Below, piece after piece: positions 19,661-29,800 of a stretch of DNA of 52,084 nt. The stretch is from the NCBI GenBank assembly GCA_038828875.1, contig JAWBMQ010000007.1, positions 1-52,084 of the forward strand, given 5' to 3'. This DNA comes from Candidatus Woesearchaeota archaeon (GTDB lineage: Archaea > Nanobdellota > Nanobdellia > Woesearchaeales > JAWBMQ01). The notes beneath the pieces are model-generated. The model made no database searches. It had not been told where the DNA came from and worked only from the letters and a program-made list of their open reading frames with translations. The translations under genes were made by a program, and so were the position numbers. The number at the start of each line of letters is the position of its first letter. Within the stretch, counting starts at the first letter, position 1.

Positions 19661-21097
19661 ATGTATGATAAGATTGTAATGCATTTTAAAAGTTTGTCAG
19701 ATCCGAGGGTTTTAGATTTGGAAGGTTTAATTTTTTCTTTTTTTAACGAAATAGAAAAATCTAAGAATAAAGTTTTAAACTCTGGAAATTCAACAATTGA
19801 TTTTTTAAAATCATTATACATTTATTCATCTATTGGTTTGAAAAGTGTAAGAGGATTTAGCACTTTAAGAGAATATAATTTTTCTACTCAATTGGAAATA
19901 GCATATGAAGAAATAGTGAAATTTTACTATGATGAAATCAATAAGCAAACTACTTATGAAGGAGTTAAATTAGCAACTGGAAAATATTTTGAAATGATTA
20001 GAAATTATTCAAAAAATAGGATGCCTTCTGAGTTGCTAAAAGAGTACGATAAACTTATTGCAGTATTATCTCCTTTTAATTTTGAAGAAGGTTTTAGATT
20101 TGAAGAAGAATGTTTAAAGAAAAAGCAAGAAGAAGTAAATCCTGTTGATTCTAATGGTGATTTAGAATACAAAAATGTAACATTTCAAGAAGTCGAAAAA
20201 TTATGGAATTCAATAATAGGTAACAAAGAAGTTAAAGATGAATTGCGAAAGATAAGTAAATTGATTTTTCTTTATGATTTCAAGGAAAAGAAAAACGCAT
20301 GTTTAGATTTAAACATATTGCCTAAATCAATCCTTCTAGAAGGCCCACCAGGAACAGGAAAAACCAGTTTGATAAATGCATTAATCCATGAAATGAAATA
20401 TCTAAGTAATGTTACTGATAAAAATTTTGCATATTATGTAATAGATAATACCATAAAAAGTCCATATTATGGCGAAAGCGTTCAAAATTTAGCTAAAATT
20501 CTTAGAGATGGAAACAATTTGAATTCTATAAATTTAATAATTATAGAGGATATTGATTCAATTTTTTATCAAAGAGATGAAAAAATTCATCACGCTGATA
20601 GTGATTTGTTAAATTATTTAATGAATGCATTAGAAGGGATTGGAACTTATTATAGAGGAAACACATTGTATGTTTCAACTACAAATTTATCTAATAAAAT
20701 TGATGAAGCTTTACTTAGTAGAATTTCACAAAAAAGGTTTCAAGTTTTAGGTCCTACAAATGAAGAAGAGTATACTCAATTAGTTAAGAAAAAATTAGAG
20801 ATTTACATAGAAAGAAATTTAGTAAATCTTAATGAGAATGAGTACTATGAATTGTCAAAGTTTTTTGTTAAAAATAAAATTAGTGCAAGAGAAGTTACTA
20901 ATTTTTTAATAAATGTAGTTAATGAATCTTTGAATTATGAATTTCTAGTTAGTGAAAAAAATCTTAAGGATTTAGATTACAAAGAAACATTGAATCTATT
21001 GCCAAAATATTTTCAACCAATAACCTATGAAAGAATGGTTTATTTAAGAGATAATTATTTTAAGGAAAAAATGAATTACTTAAAAAATGAACTTTAA
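19661..21097 (+). CDS. AAA+ ATPase (single classical AAA domain)
   Basis: Walker A GPPGTGKT, Walker B IIIEDID, sensor STTN, DEALLSR arginine finger. Confidence 0.9.
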   Translation: MYDKIVMHFKSLSDPRVLDLEGLIFSFFNEIEKSKNKVLNSGNSTIDFLKSLYIYSSIGLKSVRGFSTLREYNFSTQLEIAYEEIVKFYYDEINKQTTYEGVKLATGKYFEMIRNYSKNRMPSELLKEYDKLIAVLSPFNFEEGFRFEEECLKKKQEEVNPVDSNGDLEYKNVTFQEVEKLWNSIIGNKEVKDELRKISKLIFLYDFKEKKNACLDLNILPKSILLEGPPGTGKTSLINALIHEMKYLSNVTDKNFAYYVIDNTIKSPYYGESVQNLAKILRDGNNLNSINLIIIEDIDSIFYQRDEKIHHADSDLLNYLMNALEGIGTYYRGNTLYVSTTNLSNKIDEALLSRISQKRFQVLGPTNEEEYTQLVKKKLEIYIERNLVNLNENEYYELSKFFVKNKISAREVTNFLINVVNESLNYEFLVSEKNLKDLDYKETLNLLPKYFQPITYERMVYLRDNYFKEKMNYLKNEL

Positions 21098-21843
21098 TAG
21101 TTTTTTAAATCTAATTTAGAATAATTGTTTGCTTCGTTTATTATTTTTTCAAAAAACTTATCTTCGTTACTGTAAGTTAATACTAAATTTTTTTCTCTTA
21201 GAATTTTTATCAAATATCCATATTTTGTACTTAATATTTCTTGATTTATGAGTTTTAAAATTTTCTCTTCACGACTTGATTTAATTTTTTTAATTAAATG
21301 GTTGTCAAAAATGTAATCTTTTTCATTTTTTTCTATTTTGTTATCATATTCAAAAATTTCTGTATACGGGAATAGCATCAAATAAGGTTTTTCAGTAATT
21401 ACATTTTTCATTTTTTTATATAACATATCTATCTTTTTCAAATATTTTGAATGTTGAAGATATTTATTTAAAGGATAGATAAATCTTTCTTTGCAAAAAT
21501 AAGATGGTGGTAAAATCAATATTGTTTTTGATTCTAAATTTTTCAACTTTTCTACACTCTTTTTTTCTCTTGAATAAAGTTCTTGCAGTTCTTCTCTTTT
21601 TTCAGAGCTTTTAAAAATAATATCTTCCAATGTGTTATTTATTTCGGTTTCATCTAAATTATACTTCTTAGCAATATTTTTTGCAAACTCATCAAAATTT
21701 TTATAGAACTTTACAATATAATCCTGATTAATATAAAGGTTTTCAGAAGTTTCTTTAATGTAAATCATGTTCGTTCTTTTATTACTAATGTTTAACTCTA
21801 TCTCACAAAATTTTGGTTTTTTGAGAATTGCAGAATTTTCCAT
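21094..21843 (-). CDS. Hypothetical protein
   Basis: 249-aa ORF, no recognised motif. Confidence 0.7.
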   Translation of the reverse strand: MENSAILKKPKFCEIELNISNKRTNMIYIKETSENLYINQDYIVKFYKNFDEFAKNIAKKYNLDETEINNTLEDIIFKSSEKREELQELYSREKKSVEKLKNLESKTILILPPSYFCKERFIYPLNKYLQHSKYLKKIDMLYKKMKNVITEKPYLMLFPYTEIFEYDNKIEKNEKDYIFDNHLIKKIKSSREEKILKLINQEILSTKYGYLIKILREKNLVLTYSNEDKFFEKIINEANNYSKLDLKNY

Positions 21844-21917
21844 ATTGTAGTTTATTAGATATTTTCTGTTTTATAAATTTTTTTTATTATAGGGCAAAAT
21901 TCATTTTAAAATTTAGG

Positions 21918-24365
21918 TTAATTTTTGAAATTTTTTCCCAAGTTTAGTGCAATTTTATTATACAATAAATTTTGCATTTCTTCAAGAAATTCTTTTTTTG
22001 AACTTAACATTAACGTTTCTTTATAAATGTTTTCGAAAAGAGTAATACTTAATGGAGAAAGAACATCTACTATTTTAACTTCAAAAGTTGAATCTTTTAT
22101 TATATTCAAAACGCTTTCAAAATCTAAAATGTCAAAAATAAATTCTCTAATTGCTTCTTTTTTTATCAATTCTAAATCAAGATGTTCTGAAAAATAATCA
22201 CTGAAGTAAAATTTTTTTGCTAACTTTCTAATGTTTTTTCTAAAGGTCGTGGTTTTTTGAATGTTATTTTCTAAAATTTGGAAAATTTCTTTTGGGCTTA
22301 ATTTCTTAATTTCTTTTACTTTTTCTAAATTTATTTTATCAGAAGCAACATAAAATGATAGATCATCAATTCCAATTTCCACATCTTTATTGCTTACTAA
22401 AGATGCAACAATTTTGCTTAGACAATCGTTGATTCTTTTTCCAGAAAATGTATGAAATATTAGATAGTTTTTACCTTCCTTTTTATTGAAAAATGCTTCA
22501 ATGTAAATGTTTTCAAATTTTTCAAAGAAAAAATAAATGTTTTTCAATAGGTAGTATGTTTCGTAATTCATTTCGTTAAATTCGTTTCTTAATTCATTCA
22601 TAATTTCTTCTCTTTTATTATCTTTAAAAAGACATATTTTATCATATTTGTCGAAAATTTGAAAAGACAATTTAAGTAATTTTTTTATTTCATTTCCGGC
22701 TTCCCTAGATAGAGGCAAGTATTGAGAATACCACCTACTTATTTCACCTCTATTGCTCTTATTAACATAGACAACATTGTCTTTTATTTCTTTTACTGAA
22801 TAAAAATTACCTCCTAATGAAAAATTATCTTCTTTTATAATATTTTCAAAAAAATCTTTATCGACTGTACCTATGATTTTGTTGTCCTTCTTTACTGCTA
22901 TTTGATCAGAATCAGATATTGTTCCTAGTTTTGGTAGAACTTTATGCTCTCTTATCAATAGAATCGGAAATTCTTCTTTTTCTCTAAATATTTTGATGAA
23001 TTTGTATTTTTCTAAAAAAGAAATGATTTCATGTAACTCTGTAAAAGAAAAGTTAGAATAATGTTTGTTGTTTTTTAAAATTTCTTTTAAGTCAGATATT
23101 GAGATTAGGTCATTTGATTTGTTTTCTAGAGATCTTTTGTTTAATATTGAGATTATTATTATGAAATGTAACAAAACGTCATATGCATTTTTTACAGGTT
23201 TAACTTCTTCGATGATTTCGTTTTTTATTCCTTTTACTATTCCAATTTCTTCTAAGAAATCTCTTTCATTGAGAGGAATAAAATAACCCATGCAATTCTC
23301 TTTTACATTATGTTTACTTCTTCCTATTCTTTGTTTGGCTTTCGTTATTGTTTTAGGACTTCCCAGAAGAAAAACAGCATCAATATGTCCTATATCAATT
23401 CCTAATTCTAAGGATGTAGAGGAAATTACAAAATCAAGTAATCCTTGTTTTAGCTTGTTTTCTACTTCTTTTCTTATTTGGTAGGATAATGAGCTGTGAT
23501 GAGTTCCAATCCTAAAATTTTCAGTACTTTCTAAATCAAAAAAACTTTGAGCTTTCTTCTTAAGAATGTATGTTGTTAATTCTGCTAAATATCGAGTATT
23601 TGTAAATATCAGTACCGTTCTAAAATTTTTTTCTTTCTTTATTTTTATTATATCTTCAATAGTGTTTTCTAAATCGATATTAAAAGAGAAAGAATTTTCT
23701 TTATTTGTTGAAGTAGGAATCAAAAATTTTAAATCAATTTCTTTCTTAACTTTGTTTTCTATGATTTTGTCAATCTTTATAATTTCTTCAATATTTTTTT
23801 GCTTTGTAGCTGTTAAATATGTTACTGAAAAATAGTTTTTGTTTAATTTCTTAAGTAAATCTAAATGTAATGATAAATAAGGCAACCTTTTGTTTTCGGC
23901 TAATGCATGAATTTCATCAACGATAATCCATTCAATTTCTCTGAATGATTCATAAAGGATTATATGTGGAAAACTTTCAGGAGTTGTTAGCAAAATGTGA
24001 GGTGGGTTCTCTTTCAAAGGTTTTTTATTTTTTATGTCTGCTGTCCAGATTGCTACGGAAATTTGATCAATTTTGATATTATCTAAAATTTTTTTAATAT
24101 TTTTTTCAATATCATATGTTAATGCTCTTAAAGGAGAAATATAAATTGCGTAGGTTTTTTGTTCTAATTTGTTTTTGTTTTTCAAATCTATAAGTTCATT
24201 AAAAATTGCTGCAAAACTAGCAAATGTTTTTCCAGATCCTGTTGGTGAAACAATCAATGTGTTTAGTCTTGAATGTGTGCTTATTATTGCTTCTTTTTGA
24301 AAATCAAATAAATTAAAATTATTAACTTTTAAAAAATTTTTAAGTTCATTGCACAAAAGATCCAT
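21918..24365 (-). CDS. lhr: Lhr-like SF2 ATP-dependent helicase
   Basis: SPTGSGKT, SPLRAL, TTPES, DEIH, FTNTR, HHSSLS, SLELGIDIG, QRIGRS. Confidence 0.92.
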   Translation of the reverse strand: MDLLCNELKNFLKVNNFNLFDFQKEAIISTHSRLNTLIVSPTGSGKTFASFAAIFNELIDLKNKNKLEQKTYAIYISPLRALTYDIEKNIKKILDNIKIDQISVAIWTADIKNKKPLKENPPHILLTTPESFPHIILYESFREIEWIIVDEIHALAENKRLPYLSLHLDLLKKLNKNYFSVTYLTATKQKNIEEIIKIDKIIENKVKKEIDLKFLIPTSTNKENSFSFNIDLENTIEDIIKIKKEKNFRTVLIFTNTRYLAELTTYILKKKAQSFFDLESTENFRIGTHHSSLSYQIRKEVENKLKQGLLDFVISSTSLELGIDIGHIDAVFLLGSPKTITKAKQRIGRSKHNVKENCMGYFIPLNERDFLEEIGIVKGIKNEIIEEVKPVKNAYDVLLHFIIIISILNKRSLENKSNDLISISDLKEILKNNKHYSNFSFTELHEIISFLEKYKFIKIFREKEEFPILLIREHKVLPKLGTISDSDQIAVKKDNKIIGTVDKDFFENIIKEDNFSLGGNFYSVKEIKDNVVYVNKSNRGEISRWYSQYLPLSREAGNEIKKLLKLSFQIFDKYDKICLFKDNKREEIMNELRNEFNEMNYETYYLLKNIYFFFEKFENIYIEAFFNKKEGKNYLIFHTFSGKRINDCLSKIVASLVSNKDVEIGIDDLSFYVASDKINLEKVKEIKKLSPKEIFQILENNIQKTTTFRKNIRKLAKKFYFSDYFSEHLDLELIKKEAIREFIFDILDFESVLNIIKDSTFEVKIVDVLSPLSITLFENIYKETLMLSSKKEFLEEMQNLLYNKIALNLGKNFKN

Positions 24366-24368
24366 TTT

Positions 24369-24785
24369 TTAAATTTCCTCTTTTTCTATTAGGGAATCTA
24401 ACTCTTTGGCAATGGTTTCCATATTAGCAAGAATTTCGTTCAATTCGTTTCTTATTCTAAGTATAAGTTGTTTGTAATTGTTTTCTGATATTCTATATTT
24501 TCCATTTTCTTTTATAACTAAACCTTTTTTTATCAAATCTTTAAGATGGAATAGAATAGTAGTTCTTGATTCTTTACAAAGATATTTTAGATCGTCTGCA
24601 CTCATCTCTTTTTTGTGCGTCATCAAAGTTACTAGAATTTTAGCTTTTATTCCTTTCTTATCTCTTTTATTAACAATGCCTAAAGAATATAAAATCCAGT
24701 ACAATAAAGATTCTTTTGAATGTGCTATTGGTAAATCTAGTTTTATTATTGAGATTTCCTGTTTAATGTATTTATCAAGTTTCAT
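24369..24785 (-). CDS. Winged-HTH transcriptional regulator
   Basis: MSADDL...SRTTILFHLKDLIKKGLV...GKY wHTH followed by a C-terminal helix. Confidence 0.8.
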   Translation of the reverse strand: MKLDKYIKQEISIIKLDLPIAHSKESLLYWILYSLGIVNKRDKKGIKAKILVTLMTHKKEMSADDLKYLCKESRTTILFHLKDLIKKGLVIKENGKYRISENNYKQLILRIRNELNEILANMETIAKELDSLIEKEEI

Positions 24786-24911
24786 AAGATGATTAGATGT
24801 TCGAAATTTTTATATTTTTTCTTTGAAAACTAAATGATTTTTCATTATTTTTAACTTTTCAGTAAGAAAAAAGATTTATATATTGATTTTTTCAAAAGTT
24901 TAAAGGTATTT

Positions 24912-26879
24912 ATGAAAAATTTTGATTATTTTTTAAATCATAAAAAGGGTCAAGTTGTAATTTACATATTTATTGGAGTTATTATTTTGCTAGTTATACT
25001 TCTTTTTATATTAACTCGAGGTCAGTTAGCTCAAAATAAATTAGAGAATTATGAAAAAACAGTTATATCTGTTGATTTAGAGCCAATAAAAGTTTATGTT
25101 GATAGTTGTTTAAAAAAGGCAGTTAATGATAACCTTTTCGTAGCTTCTATACAAGGGGGTTATGTTGAAACATCTCAAATCTTTGAGTACATTGATTTCT
25201 TAAGTTTCAAAGTCCCATATTATTACAATTATTATTCTTCAAAAGCACCTTCTTTTACGTACCTTAAAACAAAGTTAGAGGAAAAAACTGCATCAGATAT
25301 TGTTGAATGTCTTTTAAATTTGAAAAAAGAACACGCTGTAATGATGAATTTTGATGAAGTAAATTTTGATTTAGAAAATATGAGATTGACTTTGTTCTTT
25401 ACTCACGATAATGTAATTGCTAATTTGAAATTAAAAACAGAAGCAAAATTGAAAGATGGAAAACTAAAGAAAGATACTTTTGAATATAGTTATAAATATC
25501 AAACTAATTTCTATAGATTTTATCTAATAGCAAAGCAAATCTCCGAAAAGGTAGCTCAAGAAAAGTTATTTGAAAAATTAACTTTAGAAGTAATTGCAGC
25601 AAATTTACCTTATAAAGGGTATCATTTTGGTTATAATTTAAAATTTCCTAAGCTTTCAGAAGCTAAGGAAATTTTATTTAATGCATTAACAGTCAATTTC
25701 AGATATATTGTTGTTCCTGGATTTCAGTATGTTGATATAAGAAATTCTCCAATTCCTGAATTTAGACAATATGCTGATTATTATCATGAAATTTTTAAAT
25801 TAGATATAGCGGATGATAAATTAAAAACACAAAATGTTAAAATTTCCTTTATGCCTATCAAAAATAGTATTAATAGTAAGAATTTTTATACTCCTGCTTT
25901 TTTTCAAGATGATGATTTCTATTTTTCAGTAAGTCCTACTTTGGGTGATTCTTATAAGCCAATAAACCTTAAGTTAGGTCAGGGAATTAAAGATTATGGA
26001 TATTTTCCAATTCTACCTGTTTATATTTTTGATTATCAATATTATGTAGATTATGCAATTTTAGTATCTTTGGAAAATACTAACACTAATGAAATATTTT
26101 ATTTTGGATTGAGACCTAAATTATCAACTGATACTTTTTTAAAAGATAAAAGTGAAGAAAGTTCTGATAAAATTGAATCAATAAAAGAGATTATTTCTTC
26201 TTTAGATAATCTTCCATCTTGTACAGGAAATGTAAGTTTATATCTCTTCGTAGAAGATGAATACACAGGAGATTATGCTAATGATGTTAATGTTTATTAT
26301 TACTGTGCTGGATTTGCTTGTTATTTAGGTAAAACTCAAATACAAAGCGATGGAAAAATTTACATAAATGCAAAGGTGCCTAGATGTTTAAATCCAACTT
26401 TTATCGCGGATTCAAAAGATTTCTATTTTGAAGAACATCAGTACAATGGAGAAGTTGTTGATGGCGATATTGTAACGATTTCAGGAGATAAACTGTATCA
26501 AGTTCCAGTTGTGTTTAGATTATACTATGATCCTGATAATTTAGAACGTTATAGAGATTTCAGTTTAGAAGAGTTAGCGCAAAATGAAAGTTTATTGATT
26601 TCAATACAAAATGATGTCATTTCAAAATCATATCTTTTCAATAACACTGTTAAGGAACCGAAAATTCATTTGAATACTTTGAAGAAGAAATATTCTTTGA
26701 TTGTTAGCTGGGTTGCTACTGATAAAGATGGCGATTCAATTATTATAGGTAATTATGCTGGCGAATTTGAAGCCATTGGTTTTGTAGCTGAAAAAATTAT
26801 AATTCCTATTTATATCTATGATGCATTGATTGAAGCTTATAAAAATAATAAGCTTAAAGAAGTTATTGTAGAAAGTTGA
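24912..26879 (+). CDS. Large pilin-like surface protein with class III signal peptide
   Basis: KKG-QVVIYIFIGVIILLVILLFIL prepilin-peptidase-type leader; YVDSCL and QGGY; several Cys. Confidence 0.75.
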   Translation: MKNFDYFLNHKKGQVVIYIFIGVIILLVILLFILTRGQLAQNKLENYEKTVISVDLEPIKVYVDSCLKKAVNDNLFVASIQGGYVETSQIFEYIDFLSFKVPYYYNYYSSKAPSFTYLKTKLEEKTASDIVECLLNLKKEHAVMMNFDEVNFDLENMRLTLFFTHDNVIANLKLKTEAKLKDGKLKKDTFEYSYKYQTNFYRFYLIAKQISEKVAQEKLFEKLTLEVIAANLPYKGYHFGYNLKFPKLSEAKEILFNALTVNFRYIVVPGFQYVDIRNSPIPEFRQYADYYHEIFKLDIADDKLKTQNVKISFMPIKNSINSKNFYTPAFFQDDDFYFSVSPTLGDSYKPINLKLGQGIKDYGYFPILPVYIFDYQYYVDYAILVSLENTNTNEIFYFGLRPKLSTDTFLKDKSEESSDKIESIKEIISSLDNLPSCTGNVSLYLFVEDEYTGDYANDVNVYYYCAGFACYLGKTQIQSDGKIYINAKVPRCLNPTFIADSKDFYFEEHQYNGEVVDGDIVTISGDKLYQVPVVFRLYYDPDNLERYRDFSLEELAQNESLLISIQNDVISKSYLFNNTVKEPKIHLNTLKKKYSLIVSWVATDKDGDSIIIGNYAGEFEAIGFVAEKIIIPIYIYDALIEAYKNNKLKEVIVES

Positions 26880-26893
26880 TTGGAGGGAATATT

Positions 26894-29800
26894 ATGAAGA
26901 ACTTCATAAAAAATCATTTATTGATGATTTTCATAATTTTAATACTTTCATCAGTAGTTTATTCGGAAGAAAAAGATTATGTTAAAAGTTTAAGTGTATT
27001 GAATTTTGAAATAGGTGCTCCTGGAATTGATTTTATGAGTTTTTCTATTGGTGCTGATGATGCTGAAAGAAAGATATTTATAATAAATAGATCAAATATT
27101 GTTTTTGTAATAAACTATGAATGTGATGAAACCTATGATAAAAATTTTACATTAAATTTATTTTTTATAGATAATCAAGGAAAGGTTTTAGAAGAATATC
27201 CTTCAAATTCTACAATTGTTCAATGTAATGAAAGTTCAAAAATACTAAGACTCTCTTTAGATATGAAAAAAGCAAAGAACAGAATAGGAACTGTAAGACT
27301 AAAAGCAACAGTTCCTGAAACAGAGGATTACGTTAAATTTGTTAATTTTAATCATTATTTCTACTATTTTGATCCTGATCTTTTCTCAGGAGATATTATT
27401 ATTTCTAAGTATAATGTTCTTGGAAAAGACGGAATGATTCCATTTAAAGTTAATTTTTTAGGTACTGCAAAACTTTTAGATATGAATGATACTCTTTTTG
27501 GAGATAATCAAAGAACCTTTGTTTTCGCAAATGTAGATGATATTTCAAAAGTTAGTTTTCAATTTGATGGAAATTTTTCTTTCAAAGATATTCCAGATGG
27601 TTATTATAAATTGAAGGCAGTATTTATTCCTTTGTTTTCAAACAAATCTATTGAAAAAGAGATAGAAGTTTCTATAGATACTACTCCTCCTAATTTAACT
27701 TCTTTGGAAATGAGTGATGAAACTACTTTTATTAATTTTTATAATTTAACTCCTTTTTTATCTCAAGATATTTTTGGTTCAAAAGATCATCCACTTGAAA
27801 GATATTATAATTTTATTACTATTCGCGGCGAATCATCTGAATTATTAAAAAAAGTAACTTATAAAGTTATGATTTTAGATGAGAATAATGAAGATGTTAA
27901 TAATATCTTAAAATTTTTAGAAAAGATTTCAACTAAAGCATTTATTTTTAATCTTAATGATAATTGGTCAGAGATAGAAGGTTCAGTAGAGTTAGAAGCT
28001 TCAGAAAAAAGTGATATTGTTTTTTCAGTTCCTAATTTAATCAAGACGTTATTAGAAGGATTTGGAATTTTTAAACAAGAATGTAAAATAGAGCATGAAA
28101 AAAAATTTAGCTGTACTTTTGGAATGTATGATTCCGTTTCTAATAATAATAAGCCAAATTTAGTTTTACTTACGTTTTGTGATTATAATGATAATTGTAA
28201 AATGAAACTTTTTTACTTTAATGTTCATGTTAATGATGATTGGAAAATAGATTTAGTTCAGCAGCAACCTAATATTTTGCCTTATGATGTTTTATTGTAT
28301 GGAGCTGATGGAACCATCATGGTTACTTTGAGTACTGATTTACCATATACTCAAATTAAATCTTTTAGAGCTAGATTCTCTGTTGAAGAAGATGAAATGA
28401 AAAAATATATGCAATTTTTAGAAAACATTAATTTGGAAATTCCAAGTATTAATGCAAATACTCCTGGTTTGTATAATCCTAAAACAAAGCAAGTATCTTT
28501 GTTGATAAGATATAAAATTGGAGTTAAGAATCCAGATGCAATAGATTTTACTAAGTTACCTGATAATATTTTAGTGTATCTTAAAATTAAAATTACTGGA
28601 ATTGTTGAGGAAATAGGTGAAAAGGTTTCTGATATTGCAGTACCAATTGCTTTTAGGATTGAATCTCCGTTAGTAAGTGCAAAATTTTTGAATCCTGAAA
28701 CTTTGAATGGTTATATTAAAAATCTTAATACTTCAATTAAGGTATTGAACGATAGCCTGAAATGGCTTACAGATGTTAGCAAATTTGCACATATTGCATG
28801 TATGGGCTTATTCTTTTCTTCATTGTTAGTTCCAGGAAATGAAGGTTTTGGAAATTTCCTATATCAAAGTATGATTGCTACTTGTGAAAGATTTGTATGT
28901 ACTCCTGTGCCAGATTCATGTAAAAATCTAAATATTAAGGATATGGGAACTTCAGGAATTTCCGCTGAATTTATTAAAGAAGATTCTCAAGGATATCGTA
29001 CTAAAGTAAATCTTTTTTTAAATTGTTTAGAAGCTAAAAAAGCATTCAAAGATATCTCTTGTGATGAAACTTCATCAGATCCTGTTTTAGTTGAGGAATA
29101 TTTTAAAAAAGATAAATCTGGTTTATATGAAATTGTTCAAAAGAAAGTGTTAATTTTACCTGAAGAACATAAAATATCAAACATGGATTTGATGTGTAAA
29201 GATTCTTTTAAATTAAAAGCTACATTTTTATTGAATTATATTGTAAATTTTGTTACTTTATGTCAATATAATAATGGAAATACAAGTAAAATTGATAGAA
29301 ATAAAATTTATACAGAAATAATTAATAATAATGTTGAATATAAGAAATTGACTTTTAAGGAATCTGAATTTAATAAATTTATAAATAGTAATTTTGTTTG
29401 TGAAAAAAATGTTAGTTTAAGTCAATGTGTTGCTTTTATGGAAACTAATGATCCTAATATAGAACCAATTGCTTACAATGCTACATCTGATTTTTGTAAA
29501 TCTTTGCTAAGTAATTCTTCTTTTGATTATGCAGAATTTACTTTAGGTGAATGTGATAAAGGAGCAACTTGTAATGTTTCATTAGCTGATGGAATTCTTG
29601 CAGCTTCATCAGATAGAATTAAAGTATGTAAAAAACCTGAAATTTTAAATGATAAAAAGAAAATCTTCAATAGTTTTGTAAGACAAGATCCTGAGTATCA
29701 TGGAAAAGGCGAATGTTATAATACTGAATACCCCGATTATCATCAATATAGATGTTTATTAAACATAGCAAATCCTCAAGAGCCTACTTACATAGGAGAT

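Noticed and set aside
24795-24812. GTTCGAA T-loop-like sequence
   Set aside because: No surrounding cloverleaf stems; it lies in an AT-rich promoter region.
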